53,262 bases of DNA from Oscillospiraceae bacterium (lineage in GTDB: Bacteria; Bacillota; Clostridia; Oscillospirales; Oscillospiraceae): positions 1 through 53,262 of the forward strand of contig JAEDKW010000001.1 of the NCBI GenBank assembly GCA_016295615.1. The letters are read 5' to 3'. A program made the translations under genes and the position numbers. Under the pieces are notes generated by a model, which had not been told where the DNA came from, did no database searches, and saw nothing but the letters and a program-made list of their open reading frames with translations. Position 1 is the first letter of the stretch; the number at the start of each line of letters is the position of its first letter. This document shows positions 18,721-28,085 of the stretch, one piece after another.

Positions 18721-19217
18721 TCGTCCAGCTCCTTTTCATTCTCCCGAATATACTGCTCCAATTCCTCGTCTGTGAGGACTTTGCAGTGTTCCGTATAAAG
18801 ATGACCGTCCAAATGCTCGATCTCGTGGCAGAAGCAGCGGGCGGTCAGCTCCTCATCCTCCACCTCAAAGGTCGTGCCGAAGCGATCCTGCGCGCGCACG
18901 CGCACGAGCATGGGACGCGTTACGATCCCGTACTTTCCCGGCACGCTCAGGCAGCCCTCCAGACCGGTCTGCTCCCCCTCGGTCTTGATGATCTCGGGAT
19001 TGATCAGCTCGATGATCTCACCCTGCTCGTCCTCGACAATGCACACACGGCGCAGGATCCCGACCTGCGGCGCAGCAAGACCGACGCCGCCCGCCTCTGC
19101 GAGCGTGTCCGCCATATCGTCAAGAAGCTGGTGAAGCCGTGCGTTGAATTCCGTCACCGGACGGCAGACCTTTTCAAGACAGGGATCACCCTTTTCCCGG
19201 ATGGTGCGAATAGCCAT
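18717..19217 (-). CDS. def: Peptide deformylase
   Basis: GVGLAAPQ, EGCLS and HEIEHLDG motifs. Confidence 0.97.
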   Translation of the reverse strand: MAIRTIREKGDPCLEKVCRPVTEFNARLHQLLDDMADTLAEAGGVGLAAPQVGILRRVCIVEDEQGEIIELINPEIIKTEGEQTGLEGCLSVPGKYGIVTRPMLVRVRAQDRFGTTFEVEDEELTARCFCHEIEHLDGHLYTEHCKVLTDEELEQYIRENEKELDE

Positions 19218-19279
19218 AATGTTTTCCTCATTTCTTTCCTTTGTTGTGCTGCGTTTGTTTTCTGTATACTGCAGCGAGC

Positions 19280-21748
19280 CTATTGTAAAGCATTGCAGTC
19301 GGCAAAAATGTCGAGACCGCGGTTTTCCTTGTGCTGATGGAATGCAAGCAGGAACTCAGAGATGAGCCGGCGAAGCGCGCCGCAGTTTTTGCCCGCAAGA
19401 TACACGCGATAGCGGTAGCGGTTGTTGACCTTGATCACCGGCGCGCCGGCAGGACCGAGCACCTCGATCGCGAGCGGCTTGAGCTCCGCTCGCGTCACCG
19501 CGGCGTCAAGCCCGCTTTTGAGCGCCGCAGCGGCGGACTGGACACGGCTTTCGTCCGTACCGCTGACGGTCAGCGCGAACAGGTCGGCAAACGGCGGATA
19601 GCGGCGAAGCCTTCGCATGCGGAGTTCACTTTGATAAAACGCCTCGTAGTCCTGCGCGGCGGCGGCTTTGATGACGGTGTTTTCCGGCGTATAGGTTTGG
19701 ATCACCGCGCGGCCCTGTTTGCTGCCGCGTCCTGCGCGGCCGACGACCTGCGACAAAAGGTCAAAGGTGCGCTCGGCGGCATGGAAGTTATCGATATAGA
19801 GCGACAGATCCGCATCCAGTACGCCGACCAGTGTCACGTTTTCAAAATCCAGTCCCTTGGCGACCATTTGGGTTCCGAGAAGAATGGGAATGTTTTCCTC
19901 TTCAAATTGCTTCAAAAGCGCTTCGTGCCCGTGCGCTGCGCCGACGGTGTCGGTGTCCATACGCAGGACTCTGGTGTGCGGGAACAGCGCCTTTAATTCC
20001 TCCTCCACCTTTTGCGTGCCGCAGCCGATATGCTTCATGATGCCGCCGCAGTTCGGGCAGCGGTCAAAGGCAGGCTCGGAGTGGTTGCAGTAATGGCACA
20101 TCAGCCGCCGGTTGGCGCTGTGATATGTCATCGGCACACTGCAGCGCGGACATTCCGGAACAGCGCCGCATTCACCGCACAGCAGCATCCGCGAGCTGCC
20201 GCGCCGGTTCAGAAACAGGATGCTCTGTTCCCCGCACGCAATGTTTTTCTCCAGCTCCGCCTGCAAAACGGAGCTGATGATACTGCCGTTTCCTTCCTTC
20301 AGCTCCTGCCGCATATCGGCAATGCGCGTGGGGGGAAGGCTTTCGGCATGATAACGCCTGTTAAGTGAAAATACTTGATAGCGACCTTCTTTTCCGTAAT
20401 ACGCGGTCTCAACCGTCGGCGTAGCCGAGCCGAGCAGCAGCAGGGCGTTTTGCTGCGCGCAGCGGAACTGGGCGATGTCATGCGTTTGGTAGCGTGGCGG
20501 GTTTTCCGAGCGATAGGTCGGCTCCTGCTCCTCGTCGATGATGATGAGTCCGAGGTTTGAAATCGGCGCAAACACGGCGCTTCTCGTGCCGAGCACGACC
20601 TTCACTTCGCCGCGCAAAATACGCTTCCACTGATCGTACCGCTCTGTCAGGCGAAGAGCGCTGTGCAGCAGGGCAACATCATTGCCGAAGTAAGCGGTGA
20701 ATTTCCGAAGCATCTGCGGCGTGAGCGCGATCTCCGGGACGAGGATCATCGCGTTTTTCCCGTTCTCGAGCGCCTGCTGGATCAGATGCAGATAGACCTG
20801 CGTTTTGCCGCTCGCCGTTACGCCGTGCAAAAGAGCGGCTTTTCCCTCGCCGCTTTCCATGAGCTGCTTCAAACCGTAAAACGCGGTCTGCTGCTCGTCG
20901 TTCAGCTTGATCGGCGCGGCGTCTGCCGCGGTTTCGTAGTTCGCCACGCGCAGGACTTCCTGCTCGGAAAAGACGAGGAAGCCCGCTTTTTCAAGCGCGC
21001 GCAGCGTCTTCATGCTTGCGCCGGTGTAATAGCACAGTTCAGATGAACTCAGTGTTCCCTCCGTGCAGAGCAGCTCGATCACCGCATATCGCACGGGCGC
21101 GGAGTTCTTTTTCATTTCTGCCGCAGCAAGCGCCTCCTCCGCGCTGATCGCGAGGCTGACCATACGCACGGACCGGTCGCTCACCTGCTGGGAAACGGTC
21201 ACTTCTTTTTTGAGGATCCCCTGCCCGACAAGCGCCTTGAGCGCCTTTTCGGACGCCTCGCCGCAGAGCCGACGCAGCGTGCCGGCTTCCGCCTTGTCCG
21301 AAGAAAGAAACGCGCAGAGGATCTTCTGCTCGGGACTTCCCTCCTCAAACGCTTCAAGCGCCTGCGCCGCGTCGATGCCGTCGCACAGGCGGTAGACCTC
21401 GCGGTAGCGCAGCCAAATGCCGCCCGGCAGGACGGCTTTGATCGCATCATAATAGGTGCAGAAGTAGCGCGCTTTCATCCACTTGATAAGCTTCAAAAAC
21501 TCCTCCTGCATCAGCGGCGCTTCATCAAGCGCGCTGTCAATGGGCTTATAGCCCGGCAGCACTTCGCCGGAAAGCGCGTCCATCACAAAGCCCTCGCTGC
21601 GGCGGTTGCCGCGACCAAAGGGGACAGTAACACGCATCCCGGGGCGAAGCGTTTCACGCAGCGCCTCGGGAATGAGATAGGTATAGAGCTTATCTGCCGC
21701 ATACGGTACGCCGGAGACTGCGATGCGCGCGAGATTATATTCTGCCAT
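19280..21748 (-). CDS. priA: Primosomal protein N' helicase
   Basis: GVTASGKT, DEEQE, SATP, four CxxC pairs and GRAGR. Confidence 0.96.
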   Translation of the reverse strand: MAEYNLARIAVSGVPYAADKLYTYLIPEALRETLRPGMRVTVPFGRGNRRSEGFVMDALSGEVLPGYKPIDSALDEAPLMQEEFLKLIKWMKARYFCTYYDAIKAVLPGGIWLRYREVYRLCDGIDAAQALEAFEEGSPEQKILCAFLSSDKAEAGTLRRLCGEASEKALKALVGQGILKKEVTVSQQVSDRSVRMVSLAISAEEALAAAEMKKNSAPVRYAVIELLCTEGTLSSSELCYYTGASMKTLRALEKAGFLVFSEQEVLRVANYETAADAAPIKLNDEQQTAFYGLKQLMESGEGKAALLHGVTASGKTQVYLHLIQQALENGKNAMILVPEIALTPQMLRKFTAYFGNDVALLHSALRLTERYDQWKRILRGEVKVVLGTRSAVFAPISNLGLIIIDEEQEPTYRSENPPRYQTHDIAQFRCAQQNALLLLGSATPTVETAYYGKEGRYQVFSLNRRYHAESLPPTRIADMRQELKEGNGSIISSVLQAELEKNIACGEQSILFLNRRGSSRMLLCGECGAVPECPRCSVPMTYHSANRRLMCHYCNHSEPAFDRCPNCGGIMKHIGCGTQKVEEELKALFPHTRVLRMDTDTVGAAHGHEALLKQFEEENIPILLGTQMVAKGLDFENVTLVGVLDADLSLYIDNFHAAERTFDLLSQVVGRAGRGSKQGRAVIQTYTPENTVIKAAAAQDYEAFYQSELRMRRLRRYPPFADLFALTVSGTDESRVQSAAAALKSGLDAAVTRAELKPLAIEVLGPAGAPVIKVNNRYRYRVYLAGKNCGALRRLISEFLLAFHQHKENRGLDIFADCNALQ

Positions 21749-21785
21749 GCAGTCTCCTCCCTTCTCGTTTTGCAGCGGCGTATTT

Positions 21786-21998
21786 TTATTTCACGATGGT
21801 CGTGTCGATATTGGCGGTGCTGAGTTTGCCCTCGGCAACTTCATTGATGGCGCTGGTAACGGGCTTTTCGCTCAGGGGAGTCCCCTCCACATCGGCCTTT
21901 TCGGCGATCTGGCGGGCGCGGCGCGCGACCACGTTAACGAGCAGATAGCGGTTTTCAACGTACTTGTTGAGTGTAGACATTGCGGGATAGAGCATCAT
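21786..21998 (-). CDS. rpoZ: RNA polymerase omega subunit
   Basis: NRYLLVNVVARRARQI and KPVTSAINE motifs. Confidence 0.93.
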   Translation of the reverse strand: MMLYPAMSTLNKYVENRYLLVNVVARRARQIAEKADVEGTPLSEKPVTSAINEVAEGKLSTANIDTTIVK

Positions 21999-22039
21999 AA
22001 TGATTACTTCCTTCTGCCGCCTTGACGGCTAAATTTTTA

Positions 22040-22630
22040 TCAGTTCAGAATGTCCATGCGGTCGGAGGGCTTGCAGTGCTCCGCGAGCATGATGGCATTG
22101 ATCTCACGCACAGCCTGTTCGACCGTGTCGTTGATTACGAAATAGTCGTAAGTGTTGGCGTTTTGCAGCTCAACCTTTGCGCGGACCAGGCGTTTTTGGA
22201 TCTTGTCGGCGCTGTCCGTTCCGCGACCGACCAGTCGCTTTTCCAAAGCTTCCCAGGACGGCGGCGCAATGAAAATGCGGACGACCTCGGGACGCTTGCT
22301 CGTGACCTGAATGGCGCCTTGCAGCTCGATATCGAGAATGACGTCTTTGCCCTGCTCCATCGCTTCATCCACGAAGCGTTTCGGCGTGCCGTAAAAGTTT
22401 CCGACATATTCCGCATACTCCAAAAACGCGTCCTCCTGGATCATCTGCCGGAAACGGTCCACATCGATGAAATGATAATGAACGCCGTCGACCTCGCCCT
22501 CGCGCGGCTGGCGCGTGGTGGCGGAGATGGAAAAGTACAGGTCTTCACGATCCCTGAAAAGCTCTCTGAGCACCGTGCTCTTGCCCACTCCGGACGGACC
22601 GGAGATAATAAAAGTTTTTCCCTTTGTCAT
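22040..22630 (-). CDS. gmk: Guanylate kinase
   Basis: GPSGVGKST, TTRQPREGE and YGT motifs. RBS GGAGG before ATG 22630. Confidence 0.96.
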   Translation of the reverse strand: MTKGKTFIISGPSGVGKSTVLRELFRDREDLYFSISATTRQPREGEVDGVHYHFIDVDRFRQMIQEDAFLEYAEYVGNFYGTPKRFVDEAMEQGKDVILDIELQGAIQVTSKRPEVVRIFIAPPSWEALEKRLVGRGTDSADKIQKRLVRAKVELQNANTYDYFVINDTVEQAVREINAIMLAEHCKPSDRMDILN

Positions 22631-22714
22631 AGTAGCCTCCATGCGGCAGCCGCTGTGAAAGCGACAGCTGCCACAGAATAATTTTAATCAAAAATTCCGC
22701 GCGTTATCACAGGA

Positions 22715-22975
22715 TTACGCATCTTCCTCCATGCCGAGAATTTCAATTCCCATGCGGGCTGCCAGCTTTTCCGCGGGAATTGCGGAAAGCACGACATGGT
22801 CGCTGTCCATAATGAAGACCGAGGCGGTCCTGCGACCATAGGTTGCATCGATGAGCATACCGCGCTCGCGGGATTCCTGAATAAGCCGCTTGATCGGCGC
22901 GCTGTCCGGGGAAACGACGGCAAGCATGCGCTCCGCGGACACCATATTGCCGAAACCGATGTTGATAAGCTTCAT
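22715..22975 (-). CDS. remA: RemA/DUF370 regulator
   Basis: [14 protein letters not shown] and DATYGRRT motifs. Confidence 0.93.
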   Translation of the reverse strand: MKLINIGFGNMVSAERMLAVVSPDSAPIKRLIQESRERGMLIDATYGRRTASVFIMDSDHVVLSAIPAEKLAARMGIEILGMEEDA

Positions 22976-22987
22976 CCCTGTCCCCTC

Positions 22988-23866
22988 TTATTCAATATTT
23001 TGAACCTGCTCGCGGATCTTCTCGACCTCCGCCTTGAGCGCTACGACGTCACGCGCGATGGCAATGTCGTTGCACTTGGAGCCGATCGTGTTGCTTTCGC
23101 GGTTGACCTCCTGAATGAGAAAGTCCATCTTGCGGCCCATCGGCTCGTTGGATGCGAGCATGTCCCGCAGCTGGGAAACGTGGGAGCGGAGCCGAACCGT
23201 CTCCTCGTCAACGGCGACCTTGTCGGCATAAATCGCCGCTTCGGTCAGAATACGCGCTTCATCGATCGTCGTCGACTGCAGCACCTCCTGCATGCGGGCG
23301 GTGAGCTTTTCGCGATATTCCTTCACCGTTTCGGGGGAACGCTGTTCCACCTTGCCGGTGAGCAGTTCAATGGTGTCAAGGCGTGCGCCGATGTCCAGCG
23401 CAAGCTTCTCGCCCTCGACCGCGCGCATGGCGTTGTAATTTTTAAGCGCTTGCTCAAGTACCGCGCAGATGTCGGCGGCAATGCTCTCCAGATCCTCCTC
23501 CGCCTTTGTGACGGTCAGGACGTCGGGAAATTTGGCGATCGTCGCGGCGCTGATCTCTTCTTCCGGACCGAACAAACCACTGATCCGGCGCAGCGCCTGA
23601 TGGTAAGCTTTGGCGAGACCTTCGTTCACGGTGACGACCGCCTCATCGGCGCCGGTGGAATCGATCGTCACAAAGACGTCGACCTTGCCGCGTGAAATCG
23701 CCTTCTGTACACGCGCCTTGACGGCGTCCTCGGCAAAGATATAGGCACGCGGCAGCTTGACCGTGCAGTCAAGATAGCGGTTGTTGACGCTGCGAAGCTC
23801 TACCGTTATGCCGCGATTTGATTTGGTTTCTTTGGCTCTTCCGTAGCCGGTCATACTTTTGACCAC
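22988..23866 (-). CDS. yicC: YicC/YloC family endoribonuclease
   Basis: SMTGYG, RSVNNRY, GRKMDF, RESNTIGSK and REQVQNIE motifs. Confidence 0.94.
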   Translation of the reverse strand: MVKSMTGYGRAKETKSNRGITVELRSVNNRYLDCTVKLPRAYIFAEDAVKARVQKAISRGKVDVFVTIDSTGADEAVVTVNEGLAKAYHQALRRISGLFGPEEEISAATIAKFPDVLTVTKAEEDLESIAADICAVLEQALKNYNAMRAVEGEKLALDIGARLDTIELLTGKVEQRSPETVKEYREKLTARMQEVLQSTTIDEARILTEAAIYADKVAVDEETVRLRSHVSQLRDMLASNEPMGRKMDFLIQEVNRESNTIGSKCNDIAIARDVVALKAEVEKIREQVQNIE

Positions 23867-23887
23867 GATACTTCTCCTCCGTCATTT

Positions 23888-24532
23888 TTAAATATAGCAG
23901 GGCAGGCAGTAATATCCGCCGCCGCAAAGTGCGTTCACGCATACCAGCGTCGTGCAAAAGCGGAGGCAGGTAGTGGAATCGAAATTCGCCGTGCCGAAGC
24001 TGCCGAAGCCGCTCGGACGATAGCCCGTGCGGTTCATGGAATCAAGCGCGGTGCGGTACTCCGGATTGTTGGGCTCCATGGAAACGGCAGTTTCGAAATA
24101 GCGTTTTGCCTCGTCCATCCACCCGCGGCGGGAAGCGACGATACCCATCAGGAAGTTCCACTCCGCATCATGCTCCGCTATCGTACTGAGCATCCGCTCG
24201 GCAGCCGTAATATTGCCGCGGTTGATGGCAAGGCGGACCTGCTGCAGCGTCGAATTACCGGAGGAGGACTGGGCATAGCTTCCATAGCTTCCGTAGCTTC
24301 CGTAGCTCCCGTAGGCGCCGCCGCCGGCGGAGCCGGAAGACGATTTACGCTGCTTTTGAATCAGCTCATAGGCTTCGTTGATCTCCTTCATCTTCTCCTG
24401 CGCGAGATCCGCGAGCGGATTGTCGTGATAATTGTCCGGATGATATTTGCGGGCAAGCTCACGATAGGCCTTTTTGACCTCGTCATCAGAAGCGGTCGAA
24501 GGAATATTCAGGACTTTATAGGGGTCTGTCAT
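23888..24532 (-). CDS. J-domain protein with TPR-like region and Cys-rich C-terminal tail
   Basis: [21 protein letters not shown]-domain, GSY repeat linker, TPR-like [19 protein letters not shown], tail [26 protein letters not shown]. Confidence 0.85.
   Translation of the reverse strand: MTDPYKVLNIPSTASDDEVKKAYRELARKYHPDNYHDNPLADLAQEKMKEINEAYELIQKQRKSSSGSAGGGAYGSYGSYGSYGSYAQSSSGNSTLQQVRLAINRGNITAAERMLSTIAEHDAEWNFLMGIVASRRGWMDEAKRYFETAVSMEPNNPEYRTALDSMNRTGYRPSGFGSFGTANFDSTTCLRFCTTLVCVNALCGGGYYCLPCYI
24275..24314. repeat. 9-bp tandem repeat (about 4.5 copies) encoding a YGS/GSY linker
   Basis: atagcttcc atagcttcc gtagcttcc gtagctccc gtag. Confidence 0.85.
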
Positions 24533-25434
24533 ACGGTATCCTCTAATCTCTTGTTTTTTTGTAGCTGATCGGTGCGAACCGGCTTGTGGTAGCTTCCGTC
24601 CAGTACGGCTTTTCCGATGCCGTAAAAGCTTTCGTAAAAAATGCTGTCCAATATCGGCGTCCAAACGCCGTAATCCCAAAGAGCATAAGCACTTGCCATC
24701 TGCTTGATCGACTGGTCAAGCGTTTGAGCAAGCAGAGTCTTGGTCTGCCCGTCCAGCCTGTCAGCCGACAAATGGTAACGATAGCGCAAAGGATTGTACC
24801 TTCCCTCCCGCGCATCCTCGGTGAAATCGTCCGCCGCGTCGATCAGGTAGATCCAGCGGCCGAGATGGTAGAAGATCTGATGGAGAATGCGCCGGCGAAC
24901 CGGAGACTCCACACACTGCGCAATGTCCGCCATCAGCGCGGCAAACGGCTCCGCCGCCTCGTCGAGCGAGGCGCAGCACGCTTTTTCCCGTTCGCTCAGA
25001 TCGTGCAGATGGCGCTGCACAGCCTCGTCAAACTCCGGCGCCAGCTTTCTTGCCTTTTGATAGGCGCGCCGGTACAGCAGTCCCGCCAGACGGTACTTCA
25101 GACCTTTCCAGAAGCCGTGGTCGGCAATATGGTCCCGGAGCTGCCACCAGAAAAGAATGACGCTGCGGTCCGCCGCCAGGTCGAGCGCCTGCCCGGAGCG
25201 CATCGCGCAGCGCGCCTTGCAGGGATGCACCATGCAGCGGCAGCGCTCACAGTCCGGCGCGTCCGGCTGCGAAAGAAGGATCGCCAGAAAGGTGAAATCA
25301 TAGTTGAGGAGAAAGCGGGCGGAAAACCCGTATCGCCTTGCGAGCGTGTGGCACAGACCGCAGTAGACGGATCGGAATCGTTCGATCTCCTCCTCGCTGA
25401 GCCTGTCCAAAGAAGGGCGGATATAACCAAACAT
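24529..25434 (-). CDS. DUF5685 family protein
   Basis: [20 protein letters not shown] and [18 protein letters not shown] motifs. ATGA overlap with the J-domain gene. Confidence 0.75.
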   Translation of the reverse strand: MFGYIRPSLDRLSEEEIERFRSVYCGLCHTLARRYGFSARFLLNYDFTFLAILLSQPDAPDCERCRCMVHPCKARCAMRSGQALDLAADRSVILFWWQLRDHIADHGFWKGLKYRLAGLLYRRAYQKARKLAPEFDEAVQRHLHDLSEREKACCASLDEAAEPFAALMADIAQCVESPVRRRILHQIFYHLGRWIYLIDAADDFTEDAREGRYNPLRYRYHLSADRLDGQTKTLLAQTLDQSIKQMASAYALWDYGVWTPILDSIFYESFYGIGKAVLDGSYHKPVRTDQLQKNKRLEDTV

Positions 25435-25447
25435 GCCGCTTTTCCCC

Positions 25448-25855
25448 TCAGAACAGCCGCACGATGGTAAACTGCATCCCGCCTGTCCGTTTCACGTGGC
25501 GGTCATAGGAAACGGCGGGCAGTACGCCGATGCAGAATGCGGCAATGGCGATCAGATAGCGCAGAGCCTCGCTGTGGATCCCACCCGTGCAGAAATAACC
25601 CAACAGAAACAGCGCAAACGGCAGGATATAGACGATCAGCATGATGTGGAGAAGCTTTTTGGAGCTGCTCTCCACCACGACCTTCTGACCGGCTTGGGCA
25701 TGGATGGGATTCTGCGCCGTGGCATAGACCGCTGTTCCTGTCACGCCGCAGCCTGCGCACTCCTCACAGTCGTGTCCGCAGGCGGATTTGCGCGGAACGG
25801 ATATTTCCGCCGTGCCGTTTTGGAACACTCTTTCTACAGTAGCGATTTGTGTCAT
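25448..25855 (-). CDS. RseC/MucC (SoxR reducing system) family membrane protein
   Basis: SACGHDCEECAGC cluster, YILP motif and two TM helices. Confidence 0.8.
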   Translation of the reverse strand: MTQIATVERVFQNGTAEISVPRKSACGHDCEECAGCGVTGTAVYATAQNPIHAQAGQKVVVESSSKKLLHIMLIVYILPFALFLLGYFCTGGIHSEALRYLIAIAAFCIGVLPAVSYDRHVKRTGGMQFTIVRLF

Positions 25856-25869
25856 TGCGTCTCCTTCTG

Positions 25870-27102
25870 TTATCCGTTTTCGCCGCCGATATGAACGGTC
25901 ACCTCATAGGTCCCGACCGCGCCGATATCGTATTTGTCGACCTGAATGCGCGCGGGGACCGTATAGCTTCCGCTGGCATCGGCAATATCGGTCAGGTCGG
26001 CAACCACATGAACATCCTGAGCGGTAACCTTCGCGATCTCCTCCGGGGTGCCGCGCAGCGTGACGGGCAAGGTGGAAGTAACGATGGAAACAGACCGGCT
26101 CGCGTCGAAATTTTCGTAGCTGAAAAGAGTTGCCTCAATTTCGAGCGTCTGGAAGCTTTGCGAGGATATCTCAAAAGAGGCGCTCGTGATGCCGCTGAGA
26201 TTGTTGATGCCGTCGGGAAGCACGACATCATAGGTGAAGCGTTCGCTTTCAGAGAGCGTCGAAAGCTCAAGCGTATCAAGTACGATTTCATTGATTGCAT
26301 TGACCGCGGCCGCGTCGCCGGAAAGAGTGACGGTCGACGGATCGATCTTGTAATCAAAGCTTGCAAGGCGCACGCCGGGAGATTCCACAAAGTGAACGAC
26401 CAGCGGAACCTCCTTGACCGTCATCACCGGCATGGTGACCTGGATCTGATCGCTGACAGGATGAATATTGGGGTTGTTGATCACCTGATCGTTGAAATCG
26501 TAGAGCTCATAGTCGAGCAGCTCCACGATCGTTGAAGTCGCATGGGAAATGTTGAGCGTTACCTGCGCGTAATTGACCTGCATGATGTCGACCTGCTGTC
26601 CTCGAACTTCCAGCATATCCGGCAGTATTTGGAGCGTGCCGGCAATATAGTTCTCCGCCACGCTGCCGACGACCTTGCAGCGGACTTCAACTTCCTTGCG
26701 GCTCAGCTCGCCGATCTCCACGGAGACCGTGCGCACAGACGGCGAATCGACCGTGACATCACGGGCGGCGATGTTGCTTGGATAGAGGATCGTATAACCA
26801 AGCGACTGCTTGCCCGGAGTCGAAATGGAGGAAAGGTCTGCCACGATCCGGATCTTGTTCGTATCGAACCGGAACATGATATTGCGCGGGACCTGAAGCT
26901 TCAGGTCGACCGTAGTGTTTTCCGAATTGAGGAGCATCAGACCGCGGTCGGCAAGGGTCGTATCTTCGTTGAGGAATTCCACAGGGATCTCATCGACGGA
27001 GATCGTGACGACTACCGAATTGTTAACATAGAACCAGACAAAAGCGGAGATCAGGATCGAGACAACGATATAAAAAATTCTGCGGTCCTTATTTTGTCCC
27101 AT
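25870..27102 (-). CDS. cdaR: CdaR/YbbR domain regulator
   Basis: N-terminal TM anchor and repeated beta-rich YbbR-like domains. Overlaps the end of cdaA. Confidence 0.85.
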   Translation of the reverse strand: MGQNKDRRIFYIVVSILISAFVWFYVNNSVVVTISVDEIPVEFLNEDTTLADRGLMLLNSENTTVDLKLQVPRNIMFRFDTNKIRIVADLSSISTPGKQSLGYTILYPSNIAARDVTVDSPSVRTVSVEIGELSRKEVEVRCKVVGSVAENYIAGTLQILPDMLEVRGQQVDIMQVNYAQVTLNISHATSTIVELLDYELYDFNDQVINNPNIHPVSDQIQVTMPVMTVKEVPLVVHFVESPGVRLASFDYKIDPSTVTLSGDAAAVNAINEIVLDTLELSTLSESERFTYDVVLPDGINNLSGITSASFEISSQSFQTLEIEATLFSYENFDASRSVSIVTSTLPVTLRGTPEEIAKVTAQDVHVVADLTDIADASGSYTVPARIQVDKYDIGAVGTYEVTVHIGGENG

Positions 27103-27979
27103 CTTCGTCACGCTCCTTTCTTTCCTTATGGAAGCTCGGCAGATGCAGACGGAACTTGCTTTCCGCTTCTTCCTCCTGCTGTGGGATCAGTTCCTTCATC
27201 AGAAGCTTTTCAAGCGTTTCCGGCATCAAATGCCGTTTGAGAAGACCGCCGATCGCTACCGAGATCGCGCCCGTCTCTTCAGAGACGATCACCACGACGG
27301 CGTCGGAATTCTCGCTCATGCCGATGCCTGCACGGTGTCGCATGCCGAGGTCGCGGCTGAGATTGACATTTTTGGAAAGCGGGAGCATGCAGCCTCCAGC
27401 GAGTAGACGCCCTTCGCGTATGATGACGGCGCCATCGTGCATTGCGGCTTTCACGAAGAAAATGTTTTTCAGCAGCTCGCTCGAGACCTGTGCATCCACG
27501 ATCGTGCCGGTGCGGGCGATATGATCAAGCAGCATGTCGCGCTCAAATACGATCAGAACGCCGGTGCGTGATTTCGACATTTCCGTACAGGCGAGCACGG
27601 TCTGAGCGATCGCGCTTTCGATCGCCGTGACCTGCTGAGCTTTGGCAAAGGGATTGAACGAGCGCAGTCTGCTCGAGCCGATCTGCTCAAGCAGGCGTCG
27701 GATCTCCGGCTGAAACAGAACGACCAGAGCCAATACGCCGAGTGAGACGACGTGACTGAGGATGAAATAGATCCCGTTGAGATGGAAGATGTGCGAAAGC
27801 CAAAGCGAGAACAAAAAGATGATGACACCCTTGCCAAGACGCTCTACCTTCGTATCCCCCACGAGCTTCAAAAGCCAGTACAGACCATATGCCATCAGCG
27901 CAATGTCGAGATAGTCCGTCAGCTTGAGCGTCAGTACATATCGCAATGTGCCCTCCAGTATTGTCATCACAATTTCCAT
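27089..27979 (-). CDS. cdaA: Diadenylate cyclase CdaA
   Basis: Three TM helices, FQPEIR, HDGA, GMRHRA and SEETG motifs. Confidence 0.95.
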   Translation of the reverse strand: MEIVMTILEGTLRYVLTLKLTDYLDIALMAYGLYWLLKLVGDTKVERLGKGVIIFLFSLWLSHIFHLNGIYFILSHVVSLGVLALVVLFQPEIRRLLEQIGSSRLRSFNPFAKAQQVTAIESAIAQTVLACTEMSKSRTGVLIVFERDMLLDHIARTGTIVDAQVSSELLKNIFFVKAAMHDGAVIIREGRLLAGGCMLPLSKNVNLSRDLGMRHRAGIGMSENSDAVVVIVSEETGAISVAIGGLLKRHLMPETLEKLLMKELIPQQEEEAESKFRLHLPSFHKERKERDEDGTK

Positions 27980-28011
27980 GGCCCATTCCCCTTAAGCAAT
28001 AGTTAATACTA

Positions 28012-28040
28012 ATTCTAATCTAACTATCAAAAAAAAGCAA
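28012..28040 (-). promoter_or_regulatory. sigmaA promoter of cdaA operon
   Basis: Minus strand TTGCTT-17-TAGAAT. Confidence 0.55.
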
Positions 28041-28053
28041 TGGGACGGATGTG

Positions 28054-28079
28054 AATTTTCCGAGAATTCTCGGAAAATT
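28054..28079. repeat. Perfect 26-bp palindrome
   Basis: AATTTTCCGAGAATTCTCGGAAAATT. Confidence 0.85.
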
Positions 28080-28085
28080 TTGCCG

